From Phoronis australis (taxonomy: Eukaryota; Animalia; Phoronida), in the NCBI GenBank assembly GCA_002633005.1, contig NMRA01000299.1, positions 310,001 through 374,000 of the forward strand: a DNA stretch of 64,000 bases, in the 5' to 3' direction. How positions within the stretch are numbered: the first letter of the stretch is position 1; each line of letters begins with the position of its first letter. The notes under the pieces were generated by a model that ran no database searches, had not been told where the DNA came from, and saw only the letters and a program-made list of their open reading frames with translations. The position numbers were made by a program, and so were the translations under genes. This document shows, piece after piece, positions 9,699 through 22,310 of the stretch.

Positions 9699-12600
9699 CT
9701 AAATTTTCGCGACAACTTCAGAGAAGCAAAATTTGTTCTGAAATTCGGTTTTTCGGTATCGAAATTCTAAAACCTTATAATGAAGTGAAACCAGTTCCAA
9801 TAATTTGTTGTGACATGTACGCAAGCTCGTAAAAGAACAGCAGTTGATTGAAGAATCGGCAAAAAAAGAAACTGGCCAATAGGTGACGCAATATTTCATG
9901 GCACCGAAAGCTGTCGCTAAAGATCACTCCACAAATTTAGCAGCAGAAAAACGGTAGAACGCCATTTTTTCCAACACTGTTAAATAATTTTGTTTACTCA
10001 AGGAAGACTGTAGTTTTTAATGACACTAACTTTTTTACCCACATCGGTGCAAAGCTGTATATTTATACATATATTTATATATAGTCAGGATACTTATCAT
10101 CAACAGGCTCCAATGGTCATCTGCCATCTTCTTTCGCGTGCAGCGCGTTCCAATCTAGAGTGCTCGTCTGCACGTTAGGTACTAACCTCTTGGGAGACAC
10201 ACGCATGGAAGAACTGAGACGAAAATCGGTGCATTTACCGACTGTTTTTGAGACCACTTAAAAACTTGTAGATTTTACTAATGCACTTTTTTGTTCATTT
10301 TCAGAAGATATTTTCGAAATTAAATTTTCTTCAGACGGAACAAAAACCAACCCAGATATTGTTTATGCAATGTATCTATTTGTCCCAGGCACCAACAGAC
10401 ACCTGTTAGGCCAAAGGAAAGAAGCGGCAGACAAAACCAACACGCTGGGTGCTTAACAGTTTCGGCCCACGCATTGGTCATCAAAATATTGTCCTCTTGT
10501 TTTTTATTACAAAACACAGTACCGAGATCAACATTTATGTTGAAATTTTTGGTTCAGGCATTTTGGATTTATGTGAAGAAAATTAAAATACTTGAATTGA
10601 TAGAGAGTGGCCACCAATTAAGTAAAACATTGACTTTATTTCATTATAATGCATTATTACATACAACACAGCATGACATAACTAAAAATAAAAGAAGAGA
10701 TTGAGCAATAAAAAGCAAATGCAACTTGTATCTTTATTTATTTATTTATGATTGCAAAAGTCTGTTAAAGGTCAGAAAAAATCAAACAATATTATATTGG
10801 GTATAATTTATTAGAACAACTGCAATGAGGTTCAATGATCAACTTCCGCCGACCAAGTCTCAAAGGTTACAGTTCTGTTTTGGCTGACAAGGTGTTAACA
10901 GAGAATTAAGAAAACTGAAAAGAAAAAGAACGACAGCATAGATAATTGGTATTAATAACAACAAGAGCAAAAAGTCAAATAAAGAGGTCACAAATAGAAA
11001 ATAAGTAAGGTCTATCTGAAATAAAACAATCATGATTGATTTTCCAGAACTGAAATTATGAATCAATTTAAATCGATTTAAAAATCAATATCATACCAGT
11101 AAAATAGTTTGTAGTTAAACTAGAATTGTTGTAAACTCCTTTCAACTATTTTCTTGGCCTTTTATGTGTGGTTTTCTGTTCTTTCAAAAGGTGGCAAAAT
11201 ATGACGACCATAGAGGTCATTATAAAATGACTGCCAAAAAGCAATACACTGTTCAAACACCTCGGCATAAATAAAAGAAAACTTTTGAATCAACGAATAC
11301 TATATATCTGTTAGAGTTCAATCAAATCCTATTCAGAGCATAACTTTGAAGTGGAATAATTGGGTGAGTACTACAACAAGCCGGTTTCATGCTTAGGCGG
11401 ATGACCATGGTACCCAAGTATATATGGGACAAATAAAAAAAATAATTGCAGGCGGTCTGATACACGTTGTACCAGACGTGCCCAGGCCTCGCATGTGGGC
11501 CCATTGCACTGATCACCTGGAAATATTTTTATGCTTTATTAATATATCGTTAAAATCGAGCTGAGGAGCTAGAAACCTGGCTCAAGGGTTTAGCAGTGTG
11601 ACAAATAGATACATTGCATAAACAGTATCTGGGTTGGTTTTTGTTCCGTCTGAAGAAAATTTAATTTCGAAAATATCTTCTGAAAATAAACAAAAAGTGC
11701 ATTAGTAAAATCTACAAGTTTTTAAGTGATCTCAAAAGACAGTCTCAGTTCTTCCATGCGTGTTTCTCCCGAGAGGTTAGTACCTAACGTGCAGACGAGC
11801 ACTCTAGACTGGAACGCTAAGTCCCGCGTGGCTGCGCTGCACGCGAAAGAAGATGGCAGACGACCATTGGAGCAAGGAGTGTACGAGTATAGGAGAGTTC
11901 ACTCCGCCATTTTACCATTCGCCGCGATGGTTACCGGTCGAAACACTAGCGCTCCAAGCGGTGAATAATCAATACTTACTTAGGAGCGCAGTCCGAACAA
12001 TGTAAACACTGATGAATTCATACTTTAATGACGTTCAACGTGCAATAAAATTACTGTGTGATTGAAAATGGTTAGAATACGTAAACTAACATCCACTTAT
12101 AATCGAATGAGAATGAAAATGTGTATTTTAATCAATATTAAAGTGTATTTGTTTTTATTCTTTTGAAGCTCCCTTCAAAATCTATCACGGTTGTTTCATG
12201 TTTGAGTTCTTAACAAGGCAAATTATCTTTCCTTATAACAGTTCATACCTCCATGGACAATAAAATTTGAATGATTGCTCCTGGGGGTTCAGAGGGTAAT
12301 TCCCCACAGGTGACAGCTAAGGGGGTACAAGGCAAAAACCATGTGGGCGCCAAATGGGTGTTGACCATCTCCCAGGGGGGTTACATGGGAGGAGTGCTAA
12401 ACAGGTAAAAACCAATGGGGTATGCCACATAGGTGTTGAGCCATTCCCATTGTCATAAATTTTGGTTGCTCCCCTGACCATTGACAAACATGTTGCTCCC
12501 AGCTCACTGCTGGTTTCACCTCCACCCAATTTCGCATGTGTTCCTTATTCAATGCACCAGGATACTAACAATGTGAATAATTGTTTGGTGTAGTGGGTGC

Positions 12601-12728
12601 TGCACATGTAAGAAGAAGAAAGCAATTCATCCCTACCACAAAATCGTAATATAATTTTAGAACATCCCATTATTTCTTGGACATTCCAGCATAGGGCAAA
12701 CTCGATTGCACTCTCCCACGCGCGCACC

Positions 12729-12900
12729 CAGGGGGCTCGGGGGGCTTGAACGAGAGAAAAAGTCCGAGAAAATGGGACAAAAGTCCACTAAAGAAACGGA
12801 AACGCGCAATTCCCAGTGGTGGTCCCCGTTTTTTTTTTTTTTAGTCCGCCCACTCACTTGTTAGCAAAAGGTCTACATCGTCGGGAATTCGAGCCCCCCC
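12729..12900 (-). mobile_element. Short MITE (GGGGCTCG termini), second copy at ~19927-20143
   Basis: GGGGCTCG...CGAGCCCC inverted ends and shared internal sequence with 19927-20143 in opposite orientation. Confidence 0.5.
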
Positions 12901-13599
12901 CCACATTGAGTATATCCCCACCATAACCAGTCCAAGCTCAAAATGTCATGACAAAAAAGTTAAGAGGTGCTGAACAGCAATCAAAATATTCACTAGCCAC
13001 ACAACTTCATACAAAACTGAATTAAAAAGACTTTTAATGGATGACAAAACTAAAATTTTTATTTTCTATACCCACTGTTCATATTATCAATAACAGTAAA
13101 TATTTCAGGTAAGCTAAAGCTAGACCACAAGATCATATTTGTTACTTAGCCACAACTGGAGCTTAAATTAATCACAATCTCCAAAAACGTACAAAATAGG
13201 CAACACATACACCAATACAACAAGAAAATCTAACCAACCTTCTCACTCTCTATTCACTAGAAAACAACAGCTCTTTTTGCCAACGAAATGCGTTGAAGCT
13301 GATAACTAATTTACTCACAGAGGTGTTTCAGTGTCATTGAGAAGCAAAATGATATGGATAGCTTGGGTTTAACAAAATGTCAGCCCACCATTCAGACTCT
13401 AAAAGACCCATCAGTTTCACTTTGGCTCTCTTCAAATCACAGGCTAACCATTCATAAAATGTTTCAATCTGATCAACCTTAGTAAAATACGAAAACCAGA
13501 TTTTGACTAATTGTCCTTTCTACACGTGATGTTCCAGTACTTGCTTTGTGAGACGATAATCAGAAATGCAAAAAGCCTATTCCACAGCTGTAACATAAT

Positions 13600-14471
13600 T
13601 TCCGTAGAACTTTTTGACGTCTTCATTTTTGGTGGACTGGGGACATCAAATACTGCTCGGGCACTGCATTCAATACCAGCTTGTTCTTCATTCATCAACA
13701 TGGACTCCTCGAAGTGATGAGAGCATAAGTTGCAGTTCTTGGACAAGTAGGATGCACTCTATTCATAAGGTCGGCTCCCAGTGCTTGCACCTGAACAGAA
13801 ATCAATGAGAGACTCAGGAACAAACCTCATACTCACCAGGTTCACAGAGACTGGTAGCCTACACTAAACTACACTACAGAAGTCCTGTCGTACTGTGATT
13901 GTGATAGAGACAAAAGCGTCTTGGTGTCAACTAAAAAAACTAGGACTCAAATGTCGATCCACGGATATTTTAAGGGCTGCACAACTTTTCACCGAGACCC
14001 ACAGATTCTCTGACTTGACTAATGAAAGACTTAAAAGGCCCTGTGGCCTGTGGCTGTGATTGTGCCATGGCCGTGTCACCACGATTCATATTCACCCATG
14101 GCCATGGGAATGTTTTCCTAAAATTATCCCTGCGATCGTTAGAGTGACATTTTGATTTGGAATACATGGACTGCAAGTATCCAAAAAGCTGACGATCACA
14201 TCGTACGTTAATCATAGTCCTCTTCCGCCGGCTGCCCAGTAGGTCTAGCCTACACTGCAGACAACAGACAGTGCCGGGCACCGGGACTGCGATCGACTTG
14301 TCTAACAACCGTGAACAGAACACACAAAATGAAAGACAATGTATCATATTATTGAATAACAGATAATCCTTACCTTTCTGGATCCTTAGGAAACCTACAA
14401 AATGACACGTGTGGGGTTTTCGTGGATCAATTCATGCAATTTATCGCACTGCAAAATGCGTCCGTCCCCAT
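13600..14471 (-). pseudogene. Spliced THAP zinc-finger domain of transposase, degraded
   Basis: Exon 14374-14471 MGTDAFCSAINCMN*STKTPHVSFCRFPKDPER|gtaagg. Second exon from 13790 (reading down) CKHW...NCNLCSHHFEES...VFDVP. Confidence 0.75.
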
Positions 14472-14875
14472 TGTTTTGGCGCTTCCTGGTTGACCGTAGC
14501 TTGTTCACCACTTGGCGGCGCTAGTAGTAGCGGTAACAGCGAACTCACAAGTGAACTCTCCTATACTACTACACTCCTTGATTGGAGCCTGACGCCGATA
14601 GGTATCCCGGTACTATACAGCTTTGTACCAAACCAAGGCTACACAAGTCGGGTAATCTGCGGTTTTATCGGGGATCACTGATCTTATTACCGAGTCGGAT
14701 AATCTGCGGGTAATCTCACTACTACTACAGAAAAGAGAAACAGAAAACAACTTACGATAACAGACGGGTTGAAAATCTAGTTAGATTAGTGCGCTCATCC
14801 AGACCACATCAAATATTATTCTGTTACCCGGGAAGCGTTATCGATTTTTATTTCAGTTCAGTGGAGAGCACTACC

Positions 14876-14946
14876 ATTCTCGCTGGTTCCCTAAGTGCCT
14901 AGCCAGCTACTGACCACCTACCGGCACGCAAGGAACCAGCGAGAAT
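14876..14946. repeat. Short palindromic element (hairpin)
   Basis: ATTCTCGCTGGTTCC...GGAACCAGCGAGAAT perfect 15-bp inverted arms. Confidence 0.7.
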
Positions 14947-16734
14947 ATTATTTGACTAAGCCAGGGTAGAGTTCAGTTGCGCTGGTACGTATGCCAGAAC
15001 CGCGCTAAATTCTAGTCACAATCTCCTGCTCTAATTCAAAATACAGGGTAATGTCTCATGTAATCTCGCCATTTTCTTATTTTTAACGAGGGCCTAGCGT
15101 TTCCGAACTCTATACCGACCAGCGCTACCTTGAGGCTTGGGGACGAGGCTTTAGGCAGAGACCGCAAGCTACCATGCGTACGATGGGCTTGTGATGACAA
15201 TGTACTGGCTCGCGACCTCCCCCTGGTGGAATACGTTTATTCACACTAGAGGCCATCGGCCCACAGTACTTACATATCAAACACAACAATAAAATACAGT
15301 AAATACGCATACGCATGTGTAGTAGCAGTTTCAATCGTTAAGTCACAGTTTTTGTTTTCAATCAATCAATCGATCAATCTATTTTTTGTCAGTTTGACAA
15401 AAACAGACAAACACTAGCCGAAGGCTGAATATCACTGACTGTGACATAAAAAGCATAAATAATAAAATAATAACAAAATAAAAGAATACTAAAACACATG
15501 ACAAGATGAGAAAAACACATATTGAGATATCATGAAAGTATGGCCACATCAAGTGTACACACTGACACACACACACACACACACTTAAAACAGAAGCAGT
15601 GATTTTTTAAGGATCAGAAATTTTCTTTAATCTTAGAACATGGGCGGCGCTCACCATGGGGGGCTGGAGAGCCTCCTCCCCTACTTTTCTCCGCTGCATC
15701 GCCCACTGACGTAGAAATCCACTATTTGTCGGATTACCAAGGTCCAATGTACCTAGGTAACATTGTAATTCTCCGATCACTCAAATGGGCACTATACAAA
15801 TAAAGTGATATTCGTCCTCAATAAAATTATAACCAAGATTCTGCTTACATAAAGAACATATTCGGAGCTTTTTAGTGTCGCCTTACCTCGACCATCAGTC
15901 TGTGGTTGAACAACAGAATATTGCAAAGGAAAGTGATAAAGCAGCGAGGTAACTTGAATGAAAGATATGTTTCAAGATTAGAGAATTGTGACATATAGAT
16001 GGCGCTTGGTATTCGCCCTAGCCGCCATGTTTCTTTTGTCTCTAAATCCATTGTTTAATTAGCGGTAAGATTCCCTCATTTATTGTAGCCTTAGCACATG
16101 TCTAGCATTGTTAACCTATTGTAATCACACGTCACTTGTTAGCGACCTGGTATTTACCCCCTGTCTCTGTTCTTTCAGGTTACGATCATTCGTAGTTTGC
16201 TGTAACCAATAAACAGTGAAGAAATACTTGCGAGTTATTTTCTAAAGATTAGGTCTAAGCTAAACGTCGTTTAATTGAAAAATGAATATGTACACAATTT
16301 TGAATTATTTTGCACGTCTGTGTTCACCATTCTTGCAAAAAGGAAATCTTTGACTTTTCGTTCAAAGGTATTTAGGAATAGATCTTCGCATCCGACGCCT
16401 TGTTCAAACCAAACAAAGCCGAAACCATATCTATGTTTCGGGTTTGTTTGGTTCCTGGTGTAAACTAACAAAATAGTCTTCAAGTGCATAGCACCAGTGG
16501 CATAAGAACTTCAGTATGAGTTTGTTTGCCGTGAGTAAATGTTTTTGATTTGATTACTTTTACAACATGTTTTGTAAGTTTTATTATATTTCATTGATCA
16601 GTTTATTTTATCTGATACTGTTAGCTAGGCTTTAGTTTCATATTGTGCATCTCATTTTACATCTTGCAACTCTACATTGTATCTGTAATCTATTAGCTAA
16701 TTTCGTGGCAAATGTGTACTATATGTATATCAGA

Positions 16735-16777
16735 GTGTGTGTGAGTGTGCATGTGCATGTGTGTGTATGCATGCGTG

Positions 16778-16820
<43 letters not shown>
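16735..16820. repeat. (GT)n microsatellite
   Basis: Directly visible. Confidence 0.95.
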
Positions 16821-16822
<2 letters not shown>

Positions 16823-17299
16823 ATTTCATATTATGTCTCAATTAACTTACTCGTCATTTATGGGGATCTAGAATTTTTTATTACACATACCTAACTGTCA
16901 ATACTTTCATTAACTAGCGATCCTGTTTTTGTTGCTTCTCCCTTATTAGCTCAGGGTTAGTCTAGTGTCTTTTGACCTTTTGTACATCGAGCTGTTTCAT
17001 CCAACTTGCCTTTGGCTAATGTTTGTGTTGTGAGTGCACGAGTGTAAATAAAGATGTACGTATGCATGTATAAGTTATTCTGGACTTTACAGTTTAATAT
17101 GAGGTGACCTGACTATCTAGAGCACAGTGAAGCCTTGGTCACAATGAAAAGCACAAGCACCTTGTCACCTCAGCTCGAGTCATGAATCTGGTGGTGAACG
17201 AAAGGCTAGCAAAAAGACACATTCATAGAAAAACAATATTATTAATAGCACGACCAAATATCATTAAATATTTGAGGTGAAATACCAAAAACGATGTTA

Positions 17300-18662
17300 T
17301 TGTTTTTTAATCGCCTTCTCCAAATCTATTAATGCTCTCTTCCTTGTTGACCCGTCTTATGACCTTAAACTTAATGATGAAACCATTCCTAGAAAACAGT
17401 CGCACAGACATCTGGGTATACTGTTAGATGAAAAACTCCCATTCACCCCTCGGGAGCTCGTACAAAAAAAAAAACTCAGGAACTAATTAACCCACTTAAG
17501 CTTGTCTCTCGTCATCTGAATTCTACCCATTTAGAAGTTTTGTTCAAATCCTTTATACTTCCACACATTGATTATTGTGATATTGTATATCAGTCTGCCA
17601 ATACGGGTGCACTCCAACATTTGGAGAAGTTACAATATCAAGCTGCCTTACTCATAACCGGAGCATACACGGGATCCAATAGTGTTAAAGTTTTGTTCAA
17701 GTGGCCTAAACTGTCTACTCGACGCAATCTTCACATGACCACATTTACTTTCAAGGTAATAAACAATGTCAGCAATGTTTCTGTCAAAAAAAATATTTGA
17801 TCTATACACTAGACAAGGCCGTCGTAATGATTTGAGATCCTCCACCCCATATGCAATTCCTCCGTCGTTCAGTCAGGCATTCAGAAGGTCTACAGTCATG
17901 ATGTGCATCAACAACTGGAATTCTCTTCCAGTCTCTGTTAAGGAAAGCAACTCTTTTACGAGTATGAAAAATAATTTTAGAACCGTTTTTCATAATTTTG
18001 AGAACTCAACACCCTTGACTCAATTCTCACTTCCCCGCGATAACGAAATAGCATTGTACAGATCAAGATGCTGCCTTCTCCTCAACTCCGACAAGTTCAG
18101 GCACAACTTTAGTAATGTCTCTCCAAACTGTTAATGTGGTGACCATTACTCTTATCCTCATATTTTCTTCAAATGTCAGCTCATCGAATACCTGAGAGAC
18201 TCACTCTTTCGTGCACTCAATGAAAACCAATCAATTGCTAACGCTCACAATTAAAGCTGTAATAATTTCCCTACTACCAGTCAATTGTAAACGCTCTCAA
18301 TTCTTGTAATAATATCCCTACTAGAGTTACATTATTATTGAATGGTAGTCCTAACCTTGACCTCGTTCTCAACAAATTCCTCCTAAGCAACGTTAGTAAA
18401 TTTTTATGTACCGTTTATCTATATTGTTGCATCTGATTTCCATACATAAATCTGTACAATTTATTTTTGTTTTTATATATTTGTAATAGCATATCTAAGT
18501 ATTGGAATACTTATATTAGATACTACTTAATTGTATATACCTCTATGTATATTAGTTTCATTTATGACTCGTTTACAACCGAGATATAATGCTTCGCGGT
18601 TTCTGGGTTTGTTATTATTTCTTTGTATGTTCTGTGTATTCTTCAATAAATACATATCACTT
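17300..18662 (+). mobile_element. CR1/L2-group LINE, 5'-truncated (RT C-terminus plus 3' UTR)
   Basis: HRHLGILLDEKL, FKSFILPHIDYCDIVY, LEKLQYQAALLITGA, INNWNSLP motifs with frameshifts. AATAAA near the end. Second copy at 29389-29907. Confidence 0.85.
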
Positions 18663-20719
18663 TAAAAGAACAAAAAAACGCCACCTGTGCGACTGGAGCA
18701 GTGCTTGTTACCAGCCTGCACTAATAAACGGGGAAGAAATAATTGACAACGGACATTAAATTTAATAAACCAAAACATGGACAATTTATTCAGAAATTAT
18801 TGACAAAGTGTGTCAAAATAAATTTCGACAGAAATTATTTTGACGGACTCCGACCTACAGCCGATGTCCCGGATCGGACCGATCAAGACCACTGCACTGG
18901 CGAAAGGCAAGGCATGCCGTCCCTGGCTGTTGCATAGGAATTAATGGTTCAAATTATCAATGCCGTACACATACAAAGATAGTTTCAAACACTTGCATAA
19001 AATTACGGACTAGTCACAGCACCAATGAGTGATTATCAAGGCCATTACTAGTGATGGCGGGCTAGGTTAAGCCTGTTCTACTGGGTGTAATTAACTCTGA
19101 TAAACAAACAGTATAACAAGAACAACGACCATGTAACATAATCGAATGAAATTGCTATACGGTTAGAACATCCATGCCCACCCCCCGAAAAAAATTCTCA
19201 CAGATTCCAATCGGAAGTTTGGGGTGCAAATGTCTAACAGGCAAAATCCTGACTAATACTCTGCTCTGCCCTCTCCCCCCTACTGACTCAGAATTCTGGA
19301 TCCGCCCCTGATGACCGTCATTCAGAAATCGTTCCTGAACTGATGCACAGTGAACTATAAATAAGTGAACTGGGGTCACGGAAACACACGGGCCGGAATA
19401 GTCGATGATTTTCTGATCTCCGCCGAGGTACAAAATTGTGCCCAAAAAGGGTTTTAGTTTGATAACAGAAAGGATGTGAACATTATGCAATGTTACATAC
19501 TACTTTAAAGTAATAAGCAATATGTAACATGCCACATCTTTTTAAGATTTTGAACTAGATTGCCCTTTGAGATAATGACTTTAATACTAAGTTTTTGAAG
19601 AGGAACTCTTTCGGTCATAAAATTAGTCGAAGTGGACATTAAAGAGATAGCACAAGTCGTTCATGCTAATTAATAAGCGCAGCTTAGGAGTGCACCAAAA
19701 ATCCACAGTTCCAAACACTGGATTTGTGTTACGACTGTTTTTGAGTCTGTTTGTAATAATTAGATATTTTTAAAATTCAAATAACTGCGATTTTAGACTG
19801 ACTAAGAAATAACTAAATTGCGCATTCGCTACACGAAATGTTTCCAAATGTCAATTATTATGTTCACAAAGATCTGCCTTATGGAACAAATAAAGTATAT
19901 GCATGCGCGCACTCAGCTTAAATATAAGGGGGCTCGAATTTTTCGATATCCGGACCCTTTACTGAAAGAAATCAATGAGGACTAAAAAAAAACAGGGCGA
20001 CTAGGTTCAGGCCCAGGGACCATGCATCCGCGCCGACTTCCCGTGGATTTTGTCTCGTTTACTCGGACTTTTTGTTTCACCGAGACGGGCCTTTTTGCCT
20101 TTTTGCCCAATTCGCCAAATTGCCCCCACCCCTCGAGCCCCTCCTGTGTGCGCCCAAGGTATATTAACACTATGCAGGCAATTCAGCAAGTGCACTGACA
20201 TAGGCTGTCAAGCCGAAGTGCAGGGTGAGGCGGTCCGGGCCAAGCCGTTGCACGGTTGCCGTGAGCTTTTTTGAATTCTGCTTTAATCACTCAAGCGATA
20301 CGTTACCAAGTGACTGGACGAGGATTGGTTATAATCACCAAAGCAGGGTTTAGTATCGTTTTTAGCAACGAAATATCTGTTCCGGATCAATGTACAAAAA
20401 CATGTTACTGATTGTTTATGTCATCCAGTGGAATATACTTGAAATGAATGTTCTTTGGTACTAAAACTTCGTTTGAAGATCTCGTCGGCAAACCTGGCGG
20501 AATTGGGAATCACCTGTTCTCTTCAACCCAGAACCTCAAGTCAACGTCATGTATGTTGCATTTCAACATGTACCCAGGACACTACTGGATTGGAAGAAAA
20601 GCAGGTATGACGATTTTATAAACTTGATTGCAAACAGTTTTAAAACACGTAACAGCACACCACACAAAGTTGACAATGTAAAACTAATTAAAACTAACTA
20701 AATCATAAGACAATAATAA

Positions 20720-21410
20720 ATCTAACAAACGAAAGTTGTCTCCGTTATCCCTTGCCAGAGAGGGGCATATGTAAAAATATAGTTTTGAATTCGCAAACTT
20801 GACTTATTGAATTTAAAAATCCAGTAAATTAGTACGCTCCGCAAAAGCTTCGCTTTACAAATTTTCTCGATTTTTCGAAATATATGTATGATTGATTTCG
20901 TGCACGTTTTCAAGTGCGGTTAGACGACCTGTGCTGCAAAAGCGAAGACCCTAACGACAATGTCCTGGCCAGGGTCCTCAAAAAGTAAACCATGCACTGA
21001 TGCAGAGTTTTCTTGAATTTTCTCTCTTATTCCTATTTCGTAGTCTTTCTTTTCTCGGCTGTCCCCGGCCCCACGCCTATGTCGGTTGGCACGATTTATC
21101 CCTGACGCCTGAAAATTTTTTGGGGGCCGGTGCTTTGGGGAGGCCGATGCCCCCCTACTTCCTACGACCTTGCTATAGATATGTCTGGAAGTGCTCATCC
21201 AGTATGTATTAGGCTCAGCTGAACATTTTGCCACTGGTTTTATGCCTTTACTTCTTGGATTGATCTTGTTCAATTAGTGGACAGTTATAAGCCTGAGAGA
21301 AGTGACCCAGCTTTGAAATTGTCTGCCAGAGACCAGGTTTGAGAGGACTAAGCAGCAAGTACTTTGGGTGGTTACTAGAAAAGTTAACATCCAGCCCAAT
21401 GTTGAAAGTC
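20720..21410 (-). mobile_element. Probable degraded non-LTR retrotransposon fragment
   Basis: Minus-strand GRRK*GGIGLP motif typical of the post-RT region. Otherwise decayed. Confidence 0.35.
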
Positions 21411-22206
21411 GTTCTCTTGACCACACCCACCAGAGCGATCATGTTAGTCATTTTAGAGCATGGGATGCCAATGGAGCATTGTGACACCCCAATATCTGGT
21501 TCTTTTCACCAGCCTGTCACCACGGTTTGACCCTAGACTCAGCATTATAATACGTATATATGCACTTACACCAACACGAATATGTATACTTAGTCACATG
21601 CGCCTACAGTACATGCAAATGTGAAATTGTATATGGACCATTTGAGGAAATTTCTAAAATACGTAAATTTAATACCTTATAAAGTGGTGGGCATCAATGT
21701 ACATTCAATTGAACAGTAACATCAATAGTAATGAAATAAGTTATAAATGCCCAATAAAACATGAGCAAGAGACAGCTGCCTGCACCAATAAATGAAGGTT
21801 AGGAACAGGCGACTACAAGGAAAACTCCAGCAGAAATTTCTTTGAAAAAAAGACATATGGAGATGTAGGCACACTACTCTAAATATGCGCACATACGGCA
21901 TGCTTGTTCACAACAATATTTCATAAAACAACACCTAGGTTTCATTTTTCAATGTGTTTAATTTACTTTCAAAAACAAGAAAATACAAAAAATTCAGTTA
22001 AAAACAATACATATCTAAGACTCAAGTATCGGACATTTTGTTGCCAAACCAACTGAAAACCCCCCACAGTCAATCTTCCCAATTCTTGAGTTTCACTTGG
22101 TCTCATTCCTTTTCAGTAGCCCTCTGGAGGCTAACCCGGTCTTCATAAATAGACAGCAAAAATAAGTCCTCCGGTTACTTTCAATATTACAGTTGATTAT
22201 ATCGTG

Positions 22207-22310
22207 CTATTGCGGAGGCCCTCCTTTAGGAGGTCCGGCCAACAGAGGGGGCCTTCCACCACCCATCATAGGAGGTCCCATCATGGGAGGTCCCATCATT
22301 CGCATTGGAC
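22207..22310 (-). CDS. SNRPC: SNRPC exon 6 (last coding)
   Basis: [33 protein letters not shown] then TAG. Confidence 0.93.

Larger units (their letters stand above)
11873..14580 (-). mobile_element. P-element-like transposon, internally deleted, with THAP remnant
   Basis: ~30-bp TIRs CAAGGAGTGTA..AGTATAGGAGAGTTCAC. 7-bp TSD ATTGGAG at 11866-11872 and 14581-14587. Confidence 0.85.
10082..14615. mobile_element. Non-autonomous foldback DNA transposon with ~300-bp TIRs and TAG...CTA termini (Academ-like), interrupted by a P-like element
   Basis: 10082-10384 is the reverse complement of 11600-11872 plus 14588-14615. Confidence 0.75.

Noticed and set aside
15040-15072. Minus-strand AAAATGGCG start of a gene
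   Set aside because: The frame closes after 13 codons with no convincing donor. It could be promoter sequence but is unsupported.
15988-16260. Possible solo LTR (TG start, AATAAA)
   Set aside because: No CA end, TSD or second copy found in the window.
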